Virus record (IMG/VR): IMGVR_UViG_3300022821_000015
Coordinates: 1-64,000 of that record
Direction: 5' to 3' (one strand)
Origin: a virus
DNA: 64,000 bases
Each line of letters opens with the position of its first letter. Position 1 is the stretch's first letter. The position numbers were made by a program, and so were the translations under genes. The notes under the pieces are model-generated. The model did not search any database, had not been told where the DNA came from, and was given only the letters and a program-made list of their open reading frames with translations. This document shows positions 56,667-64,000 of the stretch, in pieces.

Positions 56667-56918
56667 CTATCTAGGCTGAAACCAATCAACCCGTTGTATT
56701 TTTTCTGCACCATATTTAGTAGTGTGGGCGAGTAAAATTTCAGAAATAACGGCGTCGATGTTGATGTGCCAATAATTGAGAAATTGGTGTGTTCGTGGGT
56801 ATTGTGGCTGACAGTCTTCATATTGCCAGACAAACTCTTGGATTAACGAAGTGTAATCCGGCACATAATAATATATTTGCAAGGTGGTTAATCGGTTATT
56901 GGTGTATTCAACCGTCAT
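56667..56918 (-). CDS. Usg-family protein
   Basis: LTTLQIYYYVPD..SLIQEFVWQ..D..P.YP..HQFLNYW. Confidence 0.75.
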   Translation of the reverse strand: MTVEYTNNRLTTLQIYYYVPDYTSLIQEFVWQYEDCQPQYPRTHQFLNYWHINIDAVISEILLAHTTKYGAEKIQRVDWFQPR

Positions 56919-56937
56919 ATGATATTTATCTTTTATA

Positions 56938-56965
56938 TTGACTTTAAGTTATATTATGATATAAT
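56938..56965 (+). promoter_or_regulatory. Sigma70-type promoter for the HNH gene
   Basis: TTGACT-16-TATAAT; a late-type ATAAATA also follows. Confidence 0.55.
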
Positions 56966-57004
56966 AGCAGACGGGGCATAAATACCCTTAATAGGAGAAA
57001 GAAA

Positions 57005-57550
57005 ATGACCGATTGTTTGGTCCTTAACGCATCATATGAGCCAATGTCAGTAATACCACTGAGCGCAATTTCGTGGCAACGTGTAATGAAACTGCTCGTC
57101 CTAGATCGTGTCAAAACAATAGCACACTATGACGATTGGGTTGTGCACAGTCAAAAGCTTGCATTCCCTGTACCAGCGTTGGTTATCACTACTGAATACT
57201 TTGATTTCAAGAAGGCTGTTAGATACAGCAAGGATAATATTTTCTTGCGTGATCTATATCAGTGTCAGTATTGCAGTGATACTTTTGAAAAAGGCGAACT
57301 AACGATTGACCACGTGCGTCCTCGTGCGTTGGGTGGGAAAACATCGTGGGAAAACTGTGCCACTGCATGTAAGATGTGTAATGAACAGAAGGCTGACCGT
57401 ATGGAAATGCATCCTATTCGTGAACCTTATAAACCTGATCCACATCAGATGATGTTCGCTATGCGTGATAAGCCACTGATGATTAAGCATCCTAGTTGGG
57501 CTAAGTATCTTGAACCATACCGAAAGGTGGTTTATAAAAAAGCTGTTTAA
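57005..57550 (+). CDS. HNH endonuclease (McrA-like)
   Basis: LVLNASYEP, RD..CQYC, TIDHV.P...GG...WEN...C..CN..K. Confidence 0.92.
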   Translation: MTDCLVLNASYEPMSVIPLSAISWQRVMKLLVLDRVKTIAHYDDWVVHSQKLAFPVPALVITTEYFDFKKAVRYSKDNIFLRDLYQCQYCSDTFEKGELTIDHVRPRALGGKTSWENCATACKMCNEQKADRMEMHPIREPYKPDPHQMMFAMRDKPLMIKHPSWAKYLEPYRKVVYKKAV

Positions 57551-57552
57551 AG

Positions 57553-57586
57553 AAAAAACCCCAGACTTCAAAATCTGGGGTTTTTT
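57553..57586. terminator. Bidirectional intrinsic terminator
   Basis: AAAAAACCCCAGA-cttcaaaa-TCTGGGGTTTTTT between convergent genes. Confidence 0.85.
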
Positions 57587-57610
57587 ATTGATTATATTTT
57601 TTTAGTAACG

Positions 57611-59572
57611 TTATTTATGATTAACAGTTGCTTTCATTTGATTTAGAATAGCATGGTAATGTGATTCTTCAATTTTAGCACCTTGTGCGAAAAAATCGGC
57701 CATTGCCTGTGCATCAGAAAAGAACTCTTGTCCTTGCTGACCATCAATATTCATAAACCAGCCATCGGCTCCTCGATCAAAATCACCAGTAGAAATTACG
57801 TTATCTCTAAATGTAACAGTTGTAATACGGCTTCCGTCAGATGAAGGTCCAGAACTAACTACATACTGGCCATTAGTGGCAAGAATCTTTTGTTCATGAG
57901 ATTCGTTAGTTTCTTCTTTAGATTTTTGATCTCTTAACTTTTTAGAATGATCGCGTGCATACTGGCGTTTTTGCGCATCCATTCCGTCAGGGTCTTCTTC
58001 GAATGCCTCGTCTACTTCTTCTTTATCATCATCGGAATCGTCTTTTTTGTCAGATTTCTTACCGAAGAACTCTTTTTGCTTATCGGTCATTTCTGCTTCT
58101 TCAAGCTTATCTTCCTCTTCCTCTTCTGAATTTTTGGTTCTATAGGAATCGGAATCATCTTTCTTGGTCCATTGTTTGCGGGACCATGCTTCTTTTGCCT
58201 TATCGGTCATTTCTGCTTCGTCAAGTTCAACTTCTTCAATCGTTGTTTCTTGTTCTTCAATAGCTTCCGCTTCAAGAGTATCGATAGCTTCCATTAATTT
58301 TTTAATATCGCTCATAGTGTATGTATCCTTATAGTTTTTTAGTTTATTGCGCAAAGAGTTTGCACGTTCTACAACTTTAACTGCGTGTGGTGCACCAGCT
58401 CGCTTAGACTTCTTCATATTTGGTCCGCCGCTAGGCATATTACTATATTCGCTTGATGTTTCTTCGTCTGGCTCATTATCCCAAACTTTTTCATCTTCGG
58501 GTAGTCTTTCCATTCCAGCAAGTTGAAGAAGATCGTTCATATTGAAATCATCTTCTAGTTCTTCTGGACTATCCATTTCTCCATCCATTTCAGCTGAATC
58601 ATTATCCCATGTGTTGGCAACAGCCATATCATCGTCTGCTGACATTGGACCCAAATCATCTAATGGTTCAATCTCCATACCAGCATCATCAGCACCCATT
58701 TCGGCATCAAATCCACCTTCATAATCACCGCCAATTTCTGGTTCCATGCCCATTTCTGGTTCCATGCCCATTTCTGGTTCCATGCCCATTTCTGGTTCCA
58801 TGTCCATTTCTGGTTCTTGATCAAGTGCAGCCATATCATCAACACCGATAGTATCTCCGCCCATTGGTGGAAGATCGCCGGGAACTCCACCTATAGGTTC
58901 CATTCCCATATCATCGCCACCCATTGGATCACCCATTGGATCGCCCATCATATCATCTACTGGCTGGTCAAAACTAACGCTTTTTGTCTGTGCAATACCA
59001 GCAAGGTGCAGTAGTTGCGACAATGATTCTGCATCAGTTGACGACAAATCCGTAATAGATAGATTAATCTGAGCTTCTTCATAAAGTTTGCTGTTTTTTC
59101 TTTTCATCTTTGCTGACTCTGGAATCTGTTCTGCCCATTTACGTGATTGTTCTGGGTATTGCTTATAATATTTGCTCAATAGTTGGTTGATAGCAGTCTT
59201 GATTTTCGTGCTTGGTAGCTGCTGAACGATTTCAGCATCGCTATACTTGCCAGTTTTTTCTAGCTCACGATATGACTGTCTACGAGTTTCCTGTGCTTTC
59301 TTATACTTCTGAATCAACTCCACAAGTTCTGGTGGCATCTTACTACTGTTTTCGGAAACTTTTTCGCCCGATTTGCCCGAACCCTTACGTTCGTCTGCAA
59401 AATAGGATTCGTTAGTTTTATTACCAGTGTTATCACCGCATTCACAAGGGCAGTTACCGTCGCCGCATTTGCCGCCACATTTACCGCCGCACTTACATTC
59501 AGGTCCACATTCACAGCCTTCGCCTTCAGTTTCTAGAAGTGCAATCTTCTTATATACGTCATTAAAGTTCAT
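57611..59572 (-). CDS. Large acidic low-complexity protein, possible prohead core/internal protein
   Basis: Cys-rich N-terminus, MEPEMG repeats, LLQLAG motifs, EEAEMTDK repeats. Confidence 0.65.
   Translation of the reverse strand: MNFNDVYKKIALLETEGEGCECGPECKCGGKCGGKCGDGNCPCECGDNTGNKTNESYFADERKGSGKSGEKVSENSSKMPPELVELIQKYKKAQETRRQSYRELEKTGKYSDAEIVQQLPSTKIKTAINQLLSKYYKQYPEQSRKWAEQIPESAKMKRKNSKLYEEAQINLSITDLSSTDAESLSQLLHLAGIAQTKSVSFDQPVDDMMGDPMGDPMGGDDMGMEPIGGVPGDLPPMGGDTIGVDDMAALDQEPEMDMEPEMGMEPEMGMEPEMGMEPEIGGDYEGGFDAEMGADDAGMEIEPLDDLGPMSADDDMAVANTWDNDSAEMDGEMDSPEELEDDFNMNDLLQLAGMERLPEDEKVWDNEPDEETSSEYSNMPSGGPNMKKSKRAGAPHAVKVVERANSLRNKLKNYKDTYTMSDIKKLMEAIDTLEAEAIEEQETTIEEVELDEAEMTDKAKEAWSRKQWTKKDDSDSYRTKNSEEEEEDKLEEAEMTDKQKEFFGKKSDKKDDSDDDKEEVDEAFEEDPDGMDAQKRQYARDHSKKLRDQKSKEETNESHEQKILATNGQYVVSSGPSSDGSRITTVTFRDNVISTGDFDRGADGWFMNIDGQQGQEFFSDAQAMADFFAQGAKIEESHYHAILNQMKATVNHK
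58734..58816. repeat. 18-bp coding tandem repeat (MEPEMG, about 4.5 copies)
   Basis: atttctggttccatgccc units. Confidence 0.9.
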
Positions 59573-60150
59573 TATTTTTTCCCCGAGTTGTATTCGCCAC
59601 GATCACTCATAACTGCTTTTGTATTTATAGGATCATCGTTAGTTGTTTTTGCTGCTGGTGTTTTACCTGCATCGAATTCATACTGACGGGTTTCAAGCTC
59701 TTTCAACATATTACCATTATATGCATCACCATATTCAATCTCATATGCATCTTGTTCATATTCTGAATCCAATAATGGCACATAAGGCTCTTCACCTTTG
59801 GAAATTTTTTCTTCACGTGAAATTTCTTCTGGATGAGATGAATTAATCACAACAACCTGCTTACCCGTAAGCCCTGATTGTTCTTGAATGTAATGGTAAA
59901 GTTCATTTGAAGTTACTGGGTAATCAAAAGATACTTCTGAAATATATACATCACTATTTGTGATATTATAAAAGTCCATCGGGTGTTCCTGAATTGGGGT
60001 TTGTTTGAAATTTGACATGCTTTTCAAGCCATACTTCTCAAACATTGTCTCAAAATGGTCCATATCCGGCGCTTCATCAAGCCCAGCTAATTTTACACAG
60101 AAGTTATATTCTTTAACACTTTCTGTTAAATAGTTCTTAAAGGTTTTCAT
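59572..60150 (-). CDS. Conserved hypothetical protein with capsid-targeting-like N-terminus
   Basis: MKTFKNYLTES; TPIQEHPMDF. Confidence 0.7.
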   Translation of the reverse strand: MKTFKNYLTESVKEYNFCVKLAGLDEAPDMDHFETMFEKYGLKSMSNFKQTPIQEHPMDFYNITNSDVYISEVSFDYPVTSNELYHYIQEQSGLTGKQVVVINSSHPEEISREEKISKGEEPYVPLLDSEYEQDAYEIEYGDAYNGNMLKELETRQYEFDAGKTPAAKTTNDDPINTKAVMSDRGEYNSGKK

Positions 60151-60178
60151 TTAACGATATCCTCACTTATTGTATTTA

Positions 60179-60670
60179 TCATTGTTCGTCTTTTTTATTA
60201 GCTAACAACTCACGCAGAAACTCATTACGATCTACTACTTCACCGCTTGACTTAATAGTATCATCATCGATACCAGCATCACGGTCTTGTTTTTGCTTTT
60301 TAAGCTGTAAATCAAGCATTTTTAGCTTCTTATCAATCTTACTATTCTTTGCAGAAATAGAATGACCTAGCATAGATGCCGCAATCTCAAAAATACGCCC
60401 CGATGAACGTGTATCTACATTCATTCCAAGGTTTATTAGATCGTCATATGCCTCTTCTGCTTTTTTTGCCAAACTATCCATTTCTCTGGCGTGTTCATCA
60501 AGACCATCTACTGGCGGTAATGCTGCATCAATATGGTCGGCATTGCCCGATGCTTTTTGGTATTCTTCAATGTCGTGTTTTGCTTTTTCCGTATCAACTT
60601 CTACGTATTCTTCGATATCATCATCGGCTTCGGCAGGGGCAAGGTTCAAAATATCTTCTAACTGTTTCAT
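60179..60670 (-). CDS. Conserved helical protein, possible terminase small subunit
   Basis: LINLGMNV...KIDKKLKMLDLQLKK...DRNEFL; function inferred only from fold and position. Confidence 0.5.
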   Translation of the reverse strand: MKQLEDILNLAPAEADDDIEEYVEVDTEKAKHDIEEYQKASGNADHIDAALPPVDGLDEHAREMDSLAKKAEEAYDDLINLGMNVDTRSSGRIFEIAASMLGHSISAKNSKIDKKLKMLDLQLKKQKQDRDAGIDDDTIKSSGEVVDRNEFLRELLANKKDEQ

Positions 60671-60677
60671 ATTATAT

Positions 60678-61118
60678 TTATTTACGTTTTTTTCCGTTAA
60701 GAAATAAATCATCCTCTGTTAAAATGCGGAATATAATACCCATTCTATCACAAAATGCGACTGCACTTTTCCATTTGGCTTCGTTAAGTATAACGGCTTC
60801 CTGTGCTTTCTTAGAACGACCAGCTTCTTTCAAGGTTGTTTGTTTCTTTGGTTTTATTTCAATCAGTTCAGTATGCGCTTTACCGTTTTTATCGTGATAT
60901 TGTATTAAGAAATCTGGAATGTATTTTCTGCGGCGACCATCGATTGGATCAAGGTATGGTATTTTTATAGACTCACTAGCCCACTGAACAATATGCGGAT
61001 TTTGGTCGCAGAAACCCATAAAACTCATTTCCCATGATGATCTATACGTAGGGACTTTATTACCTACATATTTTTGTGGATTTTTGGGATAAAACTTACC
61101 TCTTGCAAAGTTAGGCAT
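60678..61118 (-). CDS. Head completion nuclease (T4 gp4-like)
   Basis: PKNPQKYVG, YRSSWE, WASE, YIPDF, IEIKP, NEAKW. Confidence 0.9.
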   Translation of the reverse strand: MPNFARGKFYPKNPQKYVGNKVPTYRSSWEMSFMGFCDQNPHIVQWASESIKIPYLDPIDGRRRKYIPDFLIQYHDKNGKAHTELIEIKPKKQTTLKEAGRSKKAQEAVILNEAKWKSAVAFCDRMGIIFRILTEDDLFLNGKKRK

Positions 61119-61497
61119 CTATATTTCGTGATACATATTTATTGGGAACGATAGGGTTGGAATAACCTAATAAACTTGTGCCCCTGCGTGTTTCATTGAA
61201 ATACAATGCCAGCACTTGATCCAAATGTAAACTATCGTATTTTTTTAACTCATTGATTACATCGGTTGTATTAACTTCCTGTGCATCAGCACTAGCAATG
61301 ATAGCTTCCGATAACGATGTTGCTTGATCTTCATTTCCTGTTTTATTAAGAGAAAATGCATATACCACATCCCATTCTGCACCAGTAATAGTTACCGACT
61401 GTTCAAAATATCCGTCAAAGAATGTTCTGGTTTTATCTTCCTGTGATTGTTCAACAGATAAGTCTGTATTTGGTAAGTTTGTATATCGGACTGCCAT
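61111..61497 (-). CDS. Hypothetical structural-module protein
   Basis: ORF in the tail operon. Confidence 0.65.
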   Translation of the reverse strand: MAVRYTNLPNTDLSVEQSQEDKTRTFFDGYFEQSVTITGAEWDVVYAFSLNKTGNEDQATSLSEAIIASADAQEVNTTDVINELKKYDSLHLDQVLALYFNETRRGTSLLGYSNPIVPNKYVSRNIDA

Positions 61498-62705
61498 TAA
61501 AAACTCCCTTCAGTATCGCTCAAGTTTCTATTAGGAGTATTTATAAGTGTAACTTTAGACCGCCCTCTATTTATAGGTGGCATAGTAGATACAGGAGTTG
61601 AACGTTTCTGGATTACTTGCTTTTGAGATATCACTGTATTACTATTTACCGTTCTATTGGGCGGCGGTGAGTTTCCTTGGGCACTATTAGATTTTACTAT
61701 ATTCGACATTCTTGGAAATACAGAGTTTGAAAGTGGATTTTTACCACGTAAAAAATCTTTTCCAGCTTGTTTCAGTTCATCAGTGATAATGCTTTTAAAA
61801 TCCGAGTTACGATTATTAAATACTGTTCTACCAAGACCAAATATTCCACCGAGTATATTGCCCGATGAAAATGATTCAACAACACCAAGACCGGCATCGA
61901 GTAATCCACCTTGCCCGAATACAGAATTAGTTCCGCCGCCCAATGGAGTTATTGGACTAGGTGTTCTATCATAATGATCAATGGCGAAGTTTTTAGGAGA
62001 ATCATCATTGACAAGACCCGTGGCATACACCACTGTTTCATACTGGACTTGCATATTATGTTCCATAAATGTTCCATCTGCATAATCGTGTCTGTCGTGA
62101 CCGAAAGATGTAATAACAGGATTAACCAATGTATGTTCAACAAATTTCTTCTGCCACATAGAATATACACGAATATCAGTAAAAAACTGTTTTGCGGATG
62201 ATGCATTACGTGGTCCACGATCCATACCCCATGAAATATGTTCACGATTTGAATAAACATCATTCACCGTATACGCACGGTCCAATGTTGATGAATTTGT
62301 TGAATATTCAGGGTCTTGATAAAAGAAGCTATAATATGCATACCAAAGTTTACGAATAATGTCACTCTGATCATCATGAAATGTTATTCCAACTGGCTGA
62401 TAGTTTATTCTATGCTGTGTTGTTCTATGTCGGTTGTACTGATTGCGGTCTTCGATATCAATGTTGAACTGCGGTAAGTCGCATCCTTTTACAAATAAAT
62501 GCAAGTCGCCTTTTTCGTTGGTGGTGATTTTACCATCAAGGTATGGTTTAGCTTCAGGAGAAAAGTTAAACACAACATGAAACAGATGCTTATATCTGGG
62601 TTGATAAGCATATGTATCAGCAACGAAAGCTTGGGAGCCGTGAGCATAATCCCTCACGGTATCTCCCTGCACAATCTGCTTTAGGAATTTGTTTACACTA
62701 CTCAT
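61497..62705 (-). CDS. Tail-tube-fold baseplate/tube initiator-like protein
   Basis: VKGCDLPQF...NQYNR...YQPVGITFHDD. Confidence 0.65.
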   Translation of the reverse strand: MSSVNKFLKQIVQGDTVRDYAHGSQAFVADTYAYQPRYKHLFHVVFNFSPEAKPYLDGKITTNEKGDLHLFVKGCDLPQFNIDIEDRNQYNRHRTTQHRINYQPVGITFHDDQSDIIRKLWYAYYSFFYQDPEYSTNSSTLDRAYTVNDVYSNREHISWGMDRGPRNASSAKQFFTDIRVYSMWQKKFVEHTLVNPVITSFGHDRHDYADGTFMEHNMQVQYETVVYATGLVNDDSPKNFAIDHYDRTPSPITPLGGGTNSVFGQGGLLDAGLGVVESFSSGNILGGIFGLGRTVFNNRNSDFKSIITDELKQAGKDFLRGKNPLSNSVFPRMSNIVKSNSAQGNSPPPNRTVNSNTVISQKQVIQKRSTPVSTMPPINRGRSKVTLINTPNRNLSDTEGSF

Positions 62706-62717
62706 ACGAGTATCCTA

Positions 62718-63335
62718 TTAGCCTGTAAAGACTGTTCCGAGTGTTCTACCGATATCCACACCAACTCCAGTGCCAAGTGGTGTTTGAACTGCGTTATCAA
62801 AACGAAGTGTAACATCAACTGTCATTGGTTCAGATGAAGCATAATCACCGTCACTATAAGCAACGTTTGTGATAAAGCAACCATACATTTCCCAAGTTTC
62901 AAGAACGTTGGCATCGAACTGTCCGTTACCACCATCAAGAACTTCGAAGCGGGAAATAAACTTATAGTCAATACCAGAAGAAGCACGGCTTTGTTCCATC
63001 ATATCAAACTGCTTTTGAACCTGTTCACCAACCAAGCGTGTTACTGCACCAGATACATCATCACGGAATGATACTGTGATATCTTCCCAAGTGTGCTTAC
63101 CAGCAAAGTGTACCTTTGAGTTGTATACATCAACTGTTAGTGGTTCAAATGCTAGCTTCGGACGAGCAAATGTTTTGATTTGTTTTGTTAGTTCGGTTCT
63201 TGGAGAACTGATACCAAAGTTTTCAAATGTAGCACGAAAACCGTATGCTAATTTTGGGAATAGTAATCCCTGTTGATTTGCGCTTTGGTCATTATCCAAA
63301 GGAACTGTGAATTTGTTCAATGAAGAAACTGACAT
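62718..63335 (-). CDS. Tail tube protein (gp19-like)
   Basis: RPKL.FE...YNS...AGKHTW...ETWEMYGC...LRFDNA; follows the sheath gene. Confidence 0.82.
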   Translation of the reverse strand: MSVSSLNKFTVPLDNDQSANQQGLLFPKLAYGFRATFENFGISSPRTELTKQIKTFARPKLAFEPLTVDVYNSKVHFAGKHTWEDITVSFRDDVSGAVTRLVGEQVQKQFDMMEQSRASSGIDYKFISRFEVLDGGNGQFDANVLETWEMYGCFITNVAYSDGDYASSEPMTVDVTLRFDNAVQTPLGTGVGVDIGRTLGTVFTG

Positions 63336-63380
63336 ATTATATAACTCCTGTTTGTTATTAGTATTTATTAAATTTTAGAC

Positions 63381-63410
63381 AAAAAAACGGGGGTATAAAA
63401 CCCCCATTTC
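63381..63410 (-). terminator. Intrinsic terminator after the sheath gene
   Basis: TGGGGGT-TTTAT-ACCCCCG followed by TTTTTTT. Confidence 0.75.
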
Positions 63411-63429
63411 TTCATTTATAATGGCTATA

Positions 63430-64000
63430 TTAGCCGTTTGCCGCTGCTACATTTCCAGAAGATATTTCACCAGTGTTTTTCAAGCGAACTGGAACAAATA
63501 TAAATTCAGCTGCTTTAACTGGCTCAATCGCCACATCAACGTAAAGTTCATTACGATCAATGCGTGTTGGTGTGTTATTAGTCGTATCACATACAACCAA
63601 GTAGTCATAGATACCACGTTTTGCAACCAAATCATTCATTAACTGTTCAACTGCTTGCTTTAGTTCATCACGTGTGATCTTATCATTTGGTTCAAATACG
63701 AACGGCTTTGATATTGCATCAAGTTCTCTACGAACATATGCCATCAAACGTGCCACGTTAATGCGATCAAGGGCGGATGATGTACTATGGCGTGTTTTGT
63801 TACCATAGTTAACAAGACCTGTTCCATTAATGAATGTCAATGCGTTGATGTCATTTTCATACAATGTGTCACGGGTTCCTTTACCAACGTTAGTTCCTAC
63901 GAACTCGCCATTGATATCCACATAACCTAGACCAGATGCATTGTCGATCTGTCCACGCTGAACACCAGCTGGTGCCATCCAAGGATATGAACGATCATCT
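63430..64000 (-). CDS. Tail sheath protein, C-terminal part (gp18-like)
   Basis: WMAPAGVQRG, ALDRINVARL, FEPND, VVCDTTNNTP, PVKAAEFI. Confidence 0.95.
   Translation of the reverse strand, partial: DDRSYPWMAPAGVQRGQIDNASGLGYVDINGEFVGTNVGKGTRDTLYENDINALTFINGTGLVNYGNKTRHSTSSALDRINVARLMAYVRRELDAISKPFVFEPNDKITRDELKQAVEQLMNDLVAKRGIYDYLVVCDTTNNTPTRIDRNELYVDVAIEPVKAAEFIFVPVRLKNTGEISSGNVAAANG

Noticed and set aside
1145-63642. Numerous short plus-strand and alternate-frame ORFs in the track
   Set aside because: They are shadows of well-supported minus-strand genes and show no motifs or start signals.
1-64000. Stop-codon reassignment or a diversity-generating retroelement
   Set aside because: Coding density is high under the standard code, gene breaks are explained by inteins, and no reverse transcriptase or template/variable repeat pair was seen.

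Overview
64 kb of a large, AT-rich, T4-like myophage genome, coded almost entirely on the minus strand. It holds structural genes (tail sheath 3' end, tail tube, gp4-like head completion protein, terminase, several probable head-internal proteins, a beta-helix fibre or spike) and replication/recombination genes (gp32 SSB, UvsX/RecA, UvsY, UvsW, primase, gp41/DnaB, a miniature DnaE-like polymerase core, exonuclease, class Ia NrdA). It also carries a ~14 kb glycan-modification island and a putative restriction-modification pair. The main result is that four essential genes are fractured by five split inteins. NrdA is made as three polypeptides (two split inteins plus one cis intein). UvsW, UvsX and TerL each have a free-standing endonuclease gene between the intein halves, and each endonuclease leader has a hairpin combined with a late promoter. 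Other notable items are an unannotated 45-aa protein resembling the gp20 portal clip segment, many TAAATA late promoters 4-5 nt before an ATG (implying leaderless mRNA), and several rearrangement scars (a 192-bp inversion, gene-fusing deletions, 37/38-bp tandem duplications). All family calls come from motif recognition by eye; no database searches were run. No CRISPR array, rRNA or tRNA was recognised.
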